DNA from: Prorocentrum cordatum
Taxonomy: Eukaryota
Length of the DNA stretch: 64,000 nt
Reading direction: 5' to 3'
NCBI GenBank assembly: GCA_963575745.1
Contig: CAUYUJ010000002.1
Location: 682,001-746,000 of the forward strand
Shown here piece after piece: positions 1 to 12,000 of the stretch; positions within the stretch are counted from its first letter, which is position 1, and each line of letters starts with the position of its first letter. The notes below the pieces were generated by a model, which worked only from the letters and a program-made list of their open reading frames with translations, was not told where the DNA came from and did not search any database. Position numbers and translations under genes: made by a program.

Positions 1-223
1 TCTTGGAGCGCTCTTGTGCTGTCTTGGGGGACTCTGGGACGTCTCCGATGACCCCCCTGATCACCCCAGGTGTGCTGGGAAGACTTGGCAAAGCGCCCTG
101 CGAGGCCCAGGGGGCCGCTTCGAGGCCCGTCCGGAGGGATCCAAAGCCCCAGATCCTGGGAGTCCGTTTTTTTTGGGGGGGGGGGGGCCGCCTGGGCTTA
201 TACAAATATAGGAAGAGGAATAC

Positions 224-256
<33 letters not shown>

Positions 257-599
257 AAGAAAGAGAGAGAGAGAGAGAGAATGGAGGAAACGAGAAAATG
301 GAGAGAGAGAGAGAGGGAGAGGGAGAAAAAAAGAGAGAAAGAGAGAGAGAGAAGACAAACAACAATACCTGTCAAGGAACCAAGATGCAGTCAGCAGCCA
401 GCGGCGCAAGCGAAGAAGGATTAGGAGGAGGCGGATGAACGAGGGGCGAAGAGCGAAGAGGATGAGGATGATGATGATGATGATGAGGATGAGGAGGAGG
501 AGGAGGACAGAACAAGAGAAAGAGAGAGACAGAGAAACAAAAAGGAGGCAGCGATAACACAATTAGCCTGGCGAAGAACCCAACCATATGCAGTTGTCA

Positions 600-2815
600 G
601 TGCCGCAGCTGCGGGTTTCATCTTCAGTGGAACTCCCCATAGGACTACGGAACGTGTGAGGGGTGTGCCGAGATGGGTGCCACTGGGGCATTCGGCGAAG
701 CTCCCTATGGGGACATGAAACACGCGCGGGGCGTGCCGACATGGGTGGCGGAAACGCATGTGAGGGCCGCCGCTGGGGCCTCCAGTGGAGCTCCCTTTGG
801 GTCCCCGAAACATGATGCTGCTGCGGGGGGTGTGCCAGGATGGGTGGCGGAGACGCATGTAAGCGCCGCTACTGGGGCCTTCGGTGGAGCTCCCTATGGG
901 GCCACGAAACGTGTGAGGGGTGTGCCGAATTGGGTGCGGGTGGTGACGCATGCGGGCGGTGCCACTGGGGCCTTCGGTGGAGCTCCCTATGGGGCCACGA
1001 AACCTGTTGTTGTGAGGGGTGTGCCGGGATGGGTGGCGGGGACGCATGTGAGCGCGGCCGCCGGGGTCTTCGGTGGGGCTCCCTATGGGGCCACGAAACG
1101 TGTGAGGGGTGTGCCGAATTGGGTGGGCGGGGGTGACGCATGTGAGCGCCGCCGCTGGGGCCTCCGGTGGATGATGGGGCCACGAAACCTGTCAGGGAAG
1201 TGCCGAAATGGGTGTGCGGGACACATGCGCATGTGAGCGCCGCCACTGGGGCCTTCGGTGGAGCTCCTATGGGGCCTCGAAACTGTGAGGGGTGTGCCGA
1301 ATTGGGTGTGCGTGACGCATTGCGGCGGCAGCACTGGGGGCCTTCGGTGGGGCTTCCCCTATGGGGGCCACGATAGTTGTGAGGGGTGTGCCGAATTGGG
1401 TGTGGGTGACGCATGCGGGCGGCAGCACTGAGGCCTTCGGCGGAGCTCCTATGGGGCCACGAAACGTGGGAGGGGTGTGCCGAATTGGGTGTGGGTGACG
1501 CATGCGGGCGGCAGCACTGGGGCCTTCGGTGGGGCTCCCTATGGGGCCACGAAGCGTGCGAGGGTGTGCCGAAGTGGGTGTGGGGGACGCATGCGGGCGG
1601 CAGCACTGGGGCCTTCGGTGGGGTTCCCCGCGGGGCCACGAAACGTGCGAGGGTGTGCGATTTGGGTGTGCGGGCAGCATGCGGGCGGGGGCAGAACTGG
1701 GGCATTCTGTGGGGTCCCTATAGGGCACGGAAAACGTTTTGTGAGGGGTGTGCCGAATTGGGTGTGGGTGACCGCATGCGGCGCGGGCAGCACGGTGTTT
1801 TATTTTCTTTGTTTGTGTGGGGACTGAGTGTTATATTTTCGGTTTGTAGGGTGCTCGCTTTTTCGGTTGAGGTGTGGCTATCTCTTTTTTGATTTCGTTC
1901 TGTCTGTTCATGTACTTTTTTCCTTAATTTCTTTTCCATTTTTTCCGCCTTTTTTTTTTTTTGTTTCTTTCTCTTTGTCTTTCGTTTTTTTCCCTCTCAT
2001 TCCCTTACCATCCTATTTATTGGGGCCACGAAACGTGTGAGGGGTGTGCCGAATGGGGTGTGCGTGAAGCATGCGGGCGGCAGCACTGGGGCCTTCGGCG
2101 GAGCTCCCTATGGGGCCACGAAACGTGTGAGGGGTGTGCCGAATTGGTTGTGCGGGACGCATGCGGGCGGCAGCACTGGGACCTTCGGCGGAGCTCCCTA
2201 TGGGGCCACGAAACGTGTGAGGGGTGTGCCGAATTGGGTGTGCGTGACGCATGCGGGCGGAGCACGTATTGTTTTTTTTTTCATTTTTTGTTGTTTTTTT
2301 TTTTGGGGCCTTTTTGTTTTTTTCTTTTATTTATCTTTTTTTTTTTTTTTTTGTTTTTCTGTGGGGCTCCCTAGGGGCCACGAAACGATGTGATGGGGTG
2401 TGTGGCCGACCGAATTGGGTGCGGGTGTTGACGCATGCGGGCGGTGCCAGTTTTTTTATGGTTTTTTTTTGTTTGTTTTGATGGGCCTTCGGTGGAGCTC
2501 TCTATGGGGCCACGAAACCTGTTGTTGTGAGGGGCGTGCCGGGATGGGTGGCGGGGACGCATGTGAGCGCGGCCGCTGGGGCCTTCGGTGGAGCTCCCTA
2601 TGGGGCCACGAAACGGGTGAGGGGTGTGCCGAATTGGGTGGGTGTGGGTGACGCATGTGAGCGCCGCCACTGGGGCCTCCGGTGGATGATGGGGCCACGA
2701 AACCTGTCAGGGGTGTGCCGAAATGGGTGTGCGGGACGCATGCGCATGTGAGCGCCGCCACTGGGGCCTTCTGTGGGGCTCCCTATGGGGCCACGAAACG
2801 TGTGAGGGGTGCCGA
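600..2815 (+). repeat. ~90-bp GC-rich tandem satellite, interrupted by T-rich tracts
   Basis: TGGGGCCACGAAACG recurs at 2021, 2111 and 2201 (period 90). Consensus is roughly CACTGGGGCCTTCGGTGGAGCTCCCTATGGGGCCACGAAACGTGTGAGGGGTGTGCCGAATTGGGTG...GCATGCGGGCGG. Overlapping ORFs are just repeat translations. Confidence 0.9.
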
Positions 2816-3284
2816 AATGGAGGATGATGACGATGATGATGGTGGGAGGAGGGAGGAGGGGGAGGAGGAGCGGGAGCGTGAGCGGGCGCTGTCTCTTCAA
2901 AACGAGGACCCAACACCACAGGATGGTTGAGAAAAAACGAGAGAGCGAGAGCACAAACAAGCAGACCGGCCAAGGAAGACAAGATGCAGACAGCAGCGGC
3001 GCAAGGGAAGGAGGAGGAGGAGAAGGAGGAGAAGGAGGAGGAGGAGGAGGAACGAGGAGCGAGGAGCGAGGAGCGAAGAGCGAAGAACGAAGAGGAGGAG
3101 GAGGAGGAGGAGGAGAAGGAGCTGGGAGGAGGCTCCGCGGCAGGACCCCAGGTGACCGGCCCCTCTCGGGCGCGTGGCAATGGGGGATGACCGAACTCTT
3201 GGCATTGCTCGTTCGTTCGTTCGTTCGCAAGCCATGTCGCACGACACATCGGCTCAGCAGGGGACAAATCCTTGCCGCGCAGGA

Positions 3285-3898
3285 TAACCGCATGCCGATG
3301 ATAATAAAGGGACCCCCCCCTTCAGTGTTTAGAGTTGATTATCGTCGCCCTATACAATATTCAAATTGGGCGGCGAGCGCTGAGGCCGAACTTCATTATC
3401 ACCTCGAAACGCTATGTTAAGATAGCAACATCAAGCGATGTTGATATAGCAACATCAAGCGAAGCGATCACACTTTTTCAGGATGTGTCAAGCGAAACCA
3501 ATAATTTTGGGAGGCAGACTCAAACGAAACGAGCAATGTTATTATTATTATTATACTTTCCTCTTCTTCTTTTATATTTCTATCTGTCCTCACGCTCGCC
3601 TGAACTTTTTTTTATCCCTGGGGTTGATTATCCATGGAAAATGAAACACATGAGCTACATGAGCTACCCTACACGAGCACTTACAAAAAAACAATTGTCA
3701 TGAGAGATAAGCCATTGTTGAGGATATTTCTATGAAAACTAAACGCCAAGGATGTCTCAAAACGTGCTCGGCTTGGTCTCCTCTTGATCATCTCTTACTT
3801 CGAGATTATGCTGAGGTCTGCTGGGCTACTTTTATTATCTCCCCCTGAACCCCGAACTTTATTATCCCCTAGTGTTTATTCTCACGGGCATGAGGTTA
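3285..3898. mobile_element. MITE-like element with imperfect TIRs, TA-flanked (Tc1/mariner-type)
   Basis: TAACCGCATGCCGATGATAATAAA (3285-3308) is an imperfect inverted repeat of TTTATTCTCACGGGCATGAGGTTA (3875-3898). TA at both ends; AT-rich non-coding interior. Confidence 0.65.
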
Positions 3899-4544
3899 AG
3901 CGGCAATCGTATATTACACCTAAGCAAATATGGGGTCAATGGAAAGGCCATATTGTTTGACAATTGCTTTTCAGATTGGCTGTCTATGCGCTGCAAAACG
4001 AGGGTGCCTGAACAATGCACTTAAAGCTTCGTCTGGGGGGGGGGAGGGAGGCGGGAGAGGAGGGGGCGGAAGGGGCGGGAGGGGACGAGGACAAGACGCC
4101 ATCGCTAGCTTGGCCTGCTCCCAGACAACCGGCGCCCACGTCAGACAAAGTCACCCCCGCGCTCGAACGCCAACCGGTCGCAAAGGCACCGGCGAGCCCG
4201 GTGTCAGAACAGCAGCTCGTAGTGGAGACTGGTCTGGCTGGGAAGCGATCCGCCCGTAGACCACCAGTTGCCGCATCAATACTATAATGCTCAGTCGGTG
4301 CTGACGGGCTTGCCGCCGAACGTCGGCATTGCTCGGACGTGTGCATTTCTGTTCGGCGAGGACCATCGAGGAGCATCCTAGATCATCTGGCCCAAAATGC
4401 ACGCACGAAACCAAACACAGCACAGGGAAGTGACGTCCGAGCGATGGGAAGGACTGGGGGGTGAAGAAAAGGACCTTCAATTGGCCCCTGTAGGGCCCCT
4501 GCTGGCTCCAAGACCCTTTCCTTCACACTCTACTTCGGTCACCC

Positions 4545-4685
4545 GCGATCTGCGATCCTCGATCCGCCATGCTCGATCCTCCATCCGCGATCCTCGATCC
4601 GCGATGCTCGATCCTCGATCCGCGACCCTCGATCCGCTATCCTCGATCCTCGATCCGCGATCCTCGATCCGCGATCCTCGATCCG
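4545..4685. repeat. 7-bp GATCCTC/GATCCGC minisatellite
   Basis: Direct reading of tandem GATCCTC/GATCCGC units. Confidence 0.8.
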
Positions 4686-6211
4686 CACACCACCCGCCCG
4701 AGGTGCAGCGGCTCACGGAGGCCCCAGACCGAGGCCGGCGCGACCGCGCCCCGAGCGGCCGCGGGCCGGGCGCCGGAGGCTCGCTCTCTGGGGCACTGCG
4801 GGCCGGCGGGGCGGCGGGGCCGGGGCCGGGCGCCGCCCCGGGCTGGCTGACGGCGAGGCCGCGGCAGCGGGCTCCTCTTCGGGGGGTCCCCAAAGAGTTG
4901 CTCCTCCTCCTCCTCCTCCCGCTCATTCTCCTCCTCCTCCTGCTCCTGCTCCTGCTCCTCCTGCTCCTGCTCCTCCTCCTCCTCCTCCTCCTCCTCCTCC
5001 TCCTCCTCCTCCTCCTCGCTCCTCGCTCCTCGCTCCTGGCTCCTCGCTCCTGGCTCCTCCTCCTCCTCCTCCTCCTCGCCCGCCTCACTCCGCTCGGCTC
5101 GGCTCCTCCTCGCCCGCCTGCTCGTCCTCTCTCTGTTCCTCGTCGTGCTTCTCAGGGTACGGCGGAAGTGCCGTGAGATCCCAGGCAGCCGGCGTCTCGA
5201 AAAAATCACGACGGGAGGTTTCTGTTCAGAGTTTTCGGCCTGTTCGGGCCCTTATTGGGCCTCGGGACCGTCAAAGAGCGGTTCGGGATGAAAGACCGCT
5301 CCTGGGAAAGTGGTCAAGGGGTCGGGGACCCATGCGGAGAACAAATCGAGACGCCGCTTGTCAGGGATGGCGTAGACCCCAGACATGCTCGCAGGGTGTC
5401 GGAAATCACGACGGGCTGTTGCTGACAGCTTTTTTTGTCTCCCGGGGGCCCTCGTCCGGGCACCGGGGGCCGTCAAGCAAGAAGCGGCTCGGGATGAAAA
5501 GCCCGTTCTGCGGAGCGTATCGGGACTTCTGGGGGTCGACGCTCGGACAAAAATCAAGACGCCGGGGGTCTGGGACTGACGTGCCCTCGGGAGCCTTGAG
5601 ACGGGGGTCAGTGCAAACGGGGGTAAGCCAGATCGCCCGATCTTGCAGGCAAGGCCAGGGTCGCATTGACCTGGGTTTGGGTGCAGGATCCTGCAGGATC
5701 TTTCGCATTGACCCGGGTTTGGGTGCAGAATCTCGCAGGATCTTGCAGGATCTTGCAAGGCCTGACTGACCCGGGTTTGGATTGACCCAGGTCAGCAGGT
5801 CCCCGATCCCAATTCTCTCGAACCGCGCGTTTGCTCACCCAGTTTCGGGGTCCCTGACCCTTCAAGATCGATCCGGCTCGAAAAAAGGCGCAGAAAGATG
5901 GATCCACGGTTCTGGTCGAGTGCGTTTTACGATGTTGCATTTTGTCGAGTCGTCGGAGCTCAGGGTGGGACCGGAAAATAACCAGATCTCCGCCGATACG
6001 TTTGTTTCTATCCTGGCGTTGTTACTCGAGTCCAGCTTTTGCGCTTGTCCTTGAGCCCCCGTGCCTTTACAACCAGATCCGAGACGACAATTTGCCCTGA
6101 AGTCAGGAATCGCGAAATCTGGGGCAGCGGGTTCTCGGTTCGGAGGGACCCCCGCCCCCACCTCCTCTAATTGTGAAAAGTATCCCGGCAAAGCAACCTA
6201 ACAGCGATGTG

Positions 6212-6397
6212 TACTCCAGATTTTGTAATAAACGGGAGGGGGTCTCAACCCTCCCAGACGAGAAGTTTTAGACCCCCCCCCCGTGGGGGAACCCTCCAAA
6301 ACATCGTCCCCAGATCCCCCCAGGCCCTCCAAGATAGCCTGGAAGAGACCCCCCCCCGAAATGAGACCCCCTCCCTTTTATTACGGAATCTGGAGTA
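6212..6397. mobile_element. Short MITE with ~36-bp TIRs, TA-flanked (Tc1/mariner, Stowaway-like)
   Basis: Left end TACTCCAGATTTTGTAATAAACGGGAGGGGGTCTCA; reverse complement of right end TACTCCAGATTCCGTAATAAAAGGGAGGGGGTCTCA. The element proper reads CTCCAG...CTGGAG between TA dinucleotides. Confidence 0.8.
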
Positions 6398-6524
6398 GGA
6401 GCATATTTGGAAGCATTCCCCTTAAGATTCAGATGAGAATCCAGTTGTAGAATTCTGCTGTTCTCGCAGTCGCAGTCGCAGTCGCATTCGCGATGACAGT
6501 CGCAGTGGCAACGGCAGTCGCAAT

Positions 6525-7243
6525 CACAGCCTCAGCCTCAGCCTGCCTCAGCCTCAGCCTGCCTCAGCCTCAGCCTCAGCCTGCCTCAGCCTCAGCCTCA
6601 GCCTGCTTCAGCCTCAGCCTCAGTCTGCCTTCAGCCTCGGCCTCAGCCTCAGCCTGCCTCAGCCTCAGCCTCAGCATCAGCCTCAGCCTGCCTCAGCAGC
6701 TTCAGCCTGCCTCAGCCTCAGCCTCAGCCTGCCTCTCAGCCTCAGCTCGGCCTCAGCCTCAGCCTGCCTCAGCCTCAGCCTCAGCCTCGCCTCAGCCTGC
6801 CTCAGCTCAGCCGCCTCAGCCTCAGCCTCAGCCTGCCTCAGCCTCCTCAGCCTGCCTCAGCCTCAGCCTCAGCCTTCAGCCTCAGTCTGCCTCAGCGGCC
6901 TCAGCCTCAGCCTGCCTCAGCCTCCTCAGCCTGCCTCAGCCTCAGCCTCAGCCTGCCTCAGCCTCAGCCTCAGCCTGCCTCAGCCTCAGCCTGCTTCAGC
7001 CTCAGCCTCAGTCTGCCTTCAGCCTCGGCCTCAGCCTCAGCCTGCCTCAGCCTCAGCCTGCATCAGCCTCAGCCTCAGCCTCAGCCTGCCTCAGCATCAG
7101 CCTGCCTCAGCCTCAGCCTCAGCCTGCCTCAGCCTCAGCCTCAGCCTGCTTCAGCCTCAGCCTCAGTCTGCCTTCAGCCTCGGCCTCAGCCTCAGCCTGC
7201 CTCAGCCTCAGCCTGCCTCAGCCTCAGCCTCAGCCTGCCTCAG
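6525..7243. repeat. (CTCAGC)n microsatellite with CTGC interruptions
   Basis: Direct reading. Accounts for the SASASA/PQPQP low-complexity ORF 6493..7752. Confidence 0.95.
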
Positions 7244-7735
7244 CATTCAAAATGTGGCCCGGGAATGGAGTTCTGGGAACTCGAAGAACACGAAGTGGCC
7301 TGCAGTTGGCTCCGGGCATTCAAAATCATGCCCAGGAATGGAGTTCTGGGAACTCGAAGAACACGAAGTGGCCTGCAGTTGGCTCCGGGCATTCAAAATC
7401 ATGCCCAGGAATGAAGTTCTGGGAACTCGAAGACCACGAAGTGGCCTACAGTTGGCTCCGGGCATTCAAAATCATGCCCAGGAATGGAGTTCTGGGAACT
7501 CGAAGACCACGAAGTGGCCTACAGTTGGCTCCGGGCATTCAAAATCATGCCCAGGAATGGAGTTCTGGGAACTCGAAGACCACGAAGTGGCCTACAGTTG
7601 GCTCCGGGCATTCAAAATCATGCCCAGGAATGGACTTCTGGGAACTCGAAGAGCACGAAGTGGCCTACAGCTGGCTCCGGGCATTCAGAATGTGGCCCGG
7701 GAATGGAGTTCTGGGACCTCGAAGACAACGAAGTG
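7244..7735. repeat. 73-bp tandem repeat, ~6.7 copies
   Basis: CATTCA(A/G)AAT starts at 7244, 7317, 7390, 7463, 7536, 7609 and 7682. Units are near-identical with no unique spacers. Confidence 0.95.
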
Positions 7736-8911
7736 TGTATTTGTTTGCTTAAAACGACTTCCGCGGATTCTCCCCGGATCCTGCCCGGACCCCCATGGGG
7801 AGTCATGAGGCTTTCTTTTGACACCATTAGAAACCTATCAGTCTTCGCTGTTAGGTAAAACATCGATGCGGGAGGTTTGGGATGCAGTTGTCGGCCTCAT
7901 CCGGGGGCCCTCGCTTGGCCTTGGAACCGCCCCAACATCACCCCCGATGGAAATCTATCCCCAGGGAAGGGATCCAGATCTCCAGATTTCTCGTTACAGC
8001 CAAGATGGTCAAATATGGACTACTTCGGGCCCAGGATGGCCACAGATCTGGGTCGGGTAGCTTCTTCGTAGCCGAGACTCGCCGCACGATTAAATCTATG
8101 TAATTCGGCCGATAGGCCCACAGAAGCACCCAGACTGTCGGCCCCTGCTCAACGGGGGAGCGAATCGGATCGGGAGGTTGGGAATGGGTACAGGAAGATC
8201 CTACTCAATATCGCCTTCGGCTGGACATTCCGACGACCCGATGCGGCCCGATGCTTGCGTGGCGCCGTTGTGCATCCTAGCGCAGGCGGTCGGTTTTGGC
8301 TCGGCCGATGCAGCCCGATCCGCCGCACGTCCAGGTTCGAATTGAATCGGGAGGAGACCCCCATCCAGAGATACCCCCACCTCCTCTCGTCGCAAGAAAA
8401 GCACGGCAGGAGATTTCGAGCAGTTGTCGGTCCTTTCTTGGGCCCAGACATTGCCAATCATCTTCGCCGTGGAAGCCAGTCCTGGGAGAGGAGTCCAGAT
8501 CCCGTCGGGTTCAGAATGTGAGAGAAAACGCGAAACACAACGTTGAAGCTCTGGGGATGCGGGGCGAATACCGTCAGCAGTTCCTGCCCATTTTGAGCAA
8601 GGTTTGCGGTCGGTTTCGCCGCGGACGTTGTCCGCGCATGGACAAGAAGTCGTTTGCCAGCAGCGGCCGCTGTCAGTGTTGGACAAGTGTTATGTTGGTG
8701 CATCGTGCCAATTTTTCCGCACCCATTCCTTGTCGAATTTCTTCACGCTTCGCGTCGGTCCACAATGAGGGTCACTTTGTCCCTGGCATGTGCACTCGCT
8801 ACAGCGGCCTATGCGCCTCTGCAGCGAATTATCTCGCTCTGTGGCCCAGACGTTATTCCCGCTCGCTGGATCTGTCCTTCGAGCCGCCGAACGAAAAAAT
8901 ATCCCCACCAG

Positions 8912-8929
8912 TCCGTAGTCTGGCTCAAG
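8912..8929 (+). other. Relict dinoflagellate spliced leader (internally deleted)
   Basis: TCCGTAGTCTGGCTCAAG versus DinoSL DCCGTAGCCATTTTGGCTCAAG: both ends conserved, ~4 nt missing internally. About 86 nt upstream of the ATG at 9016. Confidence 0.75.
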
Positions 8930-9015
8930 GGTCAAGTTTGAGACGCTAGAGTATTGCTGCCTGCAGCTGTTGCGCCCCTCGCTACCTCTCGCAGCTCACT
9001 CCTCGTACGCACGCA

Positions 9016-12000
9016 ATGGCAGTGTTCAGCATGATGGTCTCCCTTCCCGTTTTGCCGATGCTCGTGATCGCTCTCGTGCTCACGACTTGTGCCGCCATCG
9101 AGGACATTTGGTTCTTCGGCATCGAGCCCTACACCATCGTAGTGCCGGTAGGCTTGTCCGTCCAGATCGGCAAGGAGTTGATGCTGGACGAGATCAACAA
9201 GAAGGCCGACCTTTTGCCTGGCTACAGGCTCCGGATGGCACATCAAGACGGACAGTGCAGTGCCGACCGCGTCTCCAACATGTTCCTGGGGAACCTCTTC
9301 AAGGATACATACGAAGTGTTCGCGCCCGGGCTGGACCCACTCACTCTCAACAGAGACGGGGTCGGCGCGGTCTCGTATGACGACTCGAGCATCTTCAACG
9401 AGGTGTGGACCTCTGCAAACATGTCTGGCGGGCCCGTTGGCCTCATCGGAGGCGGGCGTTCAGGGGGAACCATGGCCATCAACAATGTCGCTAACATGGC
9501 CAACGTTCCCATCGTGTCGGCGCTGTCCAGCAATCCAGGGCTCTCCGACCGCAGCAAGTATCCGAATTTCTGGAGGACTGTCATGCCGGACGCCCAGTTT
9601 GCTGGAGCATGGATGGCTACAACGAAGGTCTTGGGCTTTTCAAACATGACCGTGGTCATCGGCGAGACGTCAGTGTGGACCCCCCACGCTGCATCCGTGC
9701 TGAGGCAGTCAGAAGCCCACGGAATGGCCCTAAAGGGCGTGGACCTCAGCGAGGAGTTCGAGTGGCAGGGCGAGCCCCTGGAGGGCTTCGCAGGGTAGCA
9801 GGTGTCTATCAACTCTGTTAGTGCTGCATTCGAGGCCGCGAAAGGCATCCGGCAACAGAACCGCCGGATTGTGCTGACCATGATGTATGACGATCGGCTG
9901 AGGATGCTGTTCTGTGAGTGCCACAAGCTCGGTTTGGACAATTTCATTTTTTAATGGGTCCCGGCTGGCTCGGCGACGGGTTCTGGCGTACGGCCGACGA
10001 CACAGAGTGCTCGATTGAGCAGGTGACGCACCAGGCGAAGGGTTGGATCGTGGCCGATGCACGGTTCTGGCGTTCTGACATGGACACCAGGCTGACCTGC
10101 TCGGACGACATGACCGCCGCGGACTTCCAGGCCAAGTGGTTGGAGAGCCAGCGCATCAACCTTACGACCTTTGGCGGCATCACGAAGGAGGGCATCTTGC
10201 CAACCCACTATGGGGCAGTGGCTGCGGACGCCGTCTGCATGTTCGCGCTCATGCTGCACACCGTTCTGTTCGAGGCGGGCCATTCCCTGGAGGACCTGAG
10301 GCAGCGCAAAACGGCGGTGCATAACGAGATCCAGGAGATCTTCAACAGCACCGATTTCGAGGGGAACAGTGGCCGCATCCGCTTCGAGCCGAACAGCCCG
10401 GATCTTGCCAGCTCCATCGTAGTCCAGCATTTCCAGTCCTTCAGGGAGGACTACGTCGATATCGGGGAGTACAACATCGCGGACGGAGTGCTCACCTTCC
10501 TCGGAGCTTCCGACTTTGAGTTCAAGATGCCTGGAGAGATCTATGCTGCTGGGCCTGCGGGTGCTACCAGCCTTGCTGGTCAGCCAGTGGCCTTCGATAC
10601 TTGTCCTCACGGAATGATTCTGAACTATGCGTCAAACGTCTGCGTGCACTGTGGTGACTCAGAGGTGTTCGTTGATGCACTCTGCGGCTGTACTTGTAAG
10701 GCTGGCTTCGTCTCATCGACGGAGGGCTGCGTCCCTTGTGAGGCGGGCACGTACGTCGACGTTGTCGGGCAGAACGCCTGCATTGACTGCGAGACCGGTA
10801 GGTTCAGCGACGAGGCCGGTGCCACTGCGTGCGAGCTGTGCCCGCGGGGCTCTTTCGCAAACTCCACAGGAAGGGCCAGCTGTACCGACTGCCCGCACAA
10901 GGAGTCCGGGAAGACCACGGGTGGCTTGGGTACAGAGTCAGAAGAGGACTTCCAGTGCGGGGTCGGCTTCAAGCCGGTCGCGAGCGACGGCAGCTGCGAG
11001 ACGTGCGGCGAGGAGGATGAGACTGGCCTCGTGTGCCTTGGCAACGATGTGGTGGATGTGGCAGCAGGCTTCTACGCGGCCGACGAGTCGCTGTCCGTGT
11101 TCCGCTGCTACGGCAACGACCCCACGCTGCGCCGCCGTGGCGGTCTGGCAGGCCAGACCTGCGCACCTGGCCGCGTCGGCATCAGCTGTAGCGAGTGCCA
11201 GGAAGGCTCGATGCCCAAGGAGGATGGCAGCTGTGTGCCGTGCGAGACAGAGGGCAATAGCTCGACGGCCCTGGTGCCCGTGGTGGTCGCCCTCTTGGTG
11301 GGCCTCTCCGCTTTGTACGGTGTCATCGACAGGTTCAATACCGCGAAGTACAGCTACGCCATGCTGCTGCCGCTGGTGGGAAGCATCTTGGTGAGTATCG
11401 TGCAGCAGCTGGCGGTGCTCGGCGCTTTCAAGGCCGCAACCTGGCCTGCGCCGACGACTGGCTTCCTTCTGGGCCTCGAGCTGGGAAGTTTGGACGTCGA
11501 GTTCTTGAACCTTGGCTGTGTGAGACAGATCTCCCCCCTGGGCCGCTTCATCGTGAAACTGAGCATTCTGGCAGTCTGCGTCTTCGTCATCCTCATGATC
11601 CATGTGGTCTCGGTACTAGTGTTCTACAAGGGCAGATTCTCGGACAGGTTGCACATTTTGATCGCCTGTCTGGGCTCATGCGTCACAGTCTTCTACATTT
11701 CTGTGATCTCGGCCGTGCTTGGGCCGATACAGTGCCTGGAAGAACCCGAATGGCAAGTGGACAGCTCGACCCTATCCGTCTGTCGTTTGCTGGGAGTCTG
11801 ATGAGCACTCCGCGATGGTCGCCATCGGCGCAATCGCTCTTCTTATCCCGATCGGCTACCTGGTCCAGTGCTGCTTGACTGCATGGCGCTTCCCTAGAAT
11901 TATGAGTGAGGGCCACGTGTCCTACCTGCAGTCCTACGCGTTCCTTTTCTTCCGTTACAACCCGGAGACCTCCTGGCATTGCCTGGTGCAACTCCTCCGC

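Noticed and set aside
7244..7735. CRISPR array or repeat protein gene
   Set aside because: Whole 73-bp units are near-identical with no unique spacers, and the unit length is not a multiple of 3.
8201..8230. 2A-like GDIExNPGP motif of a LINE on the minus strand
   Set aside because: It reads GDIE followed by a stop, with no NPGP.
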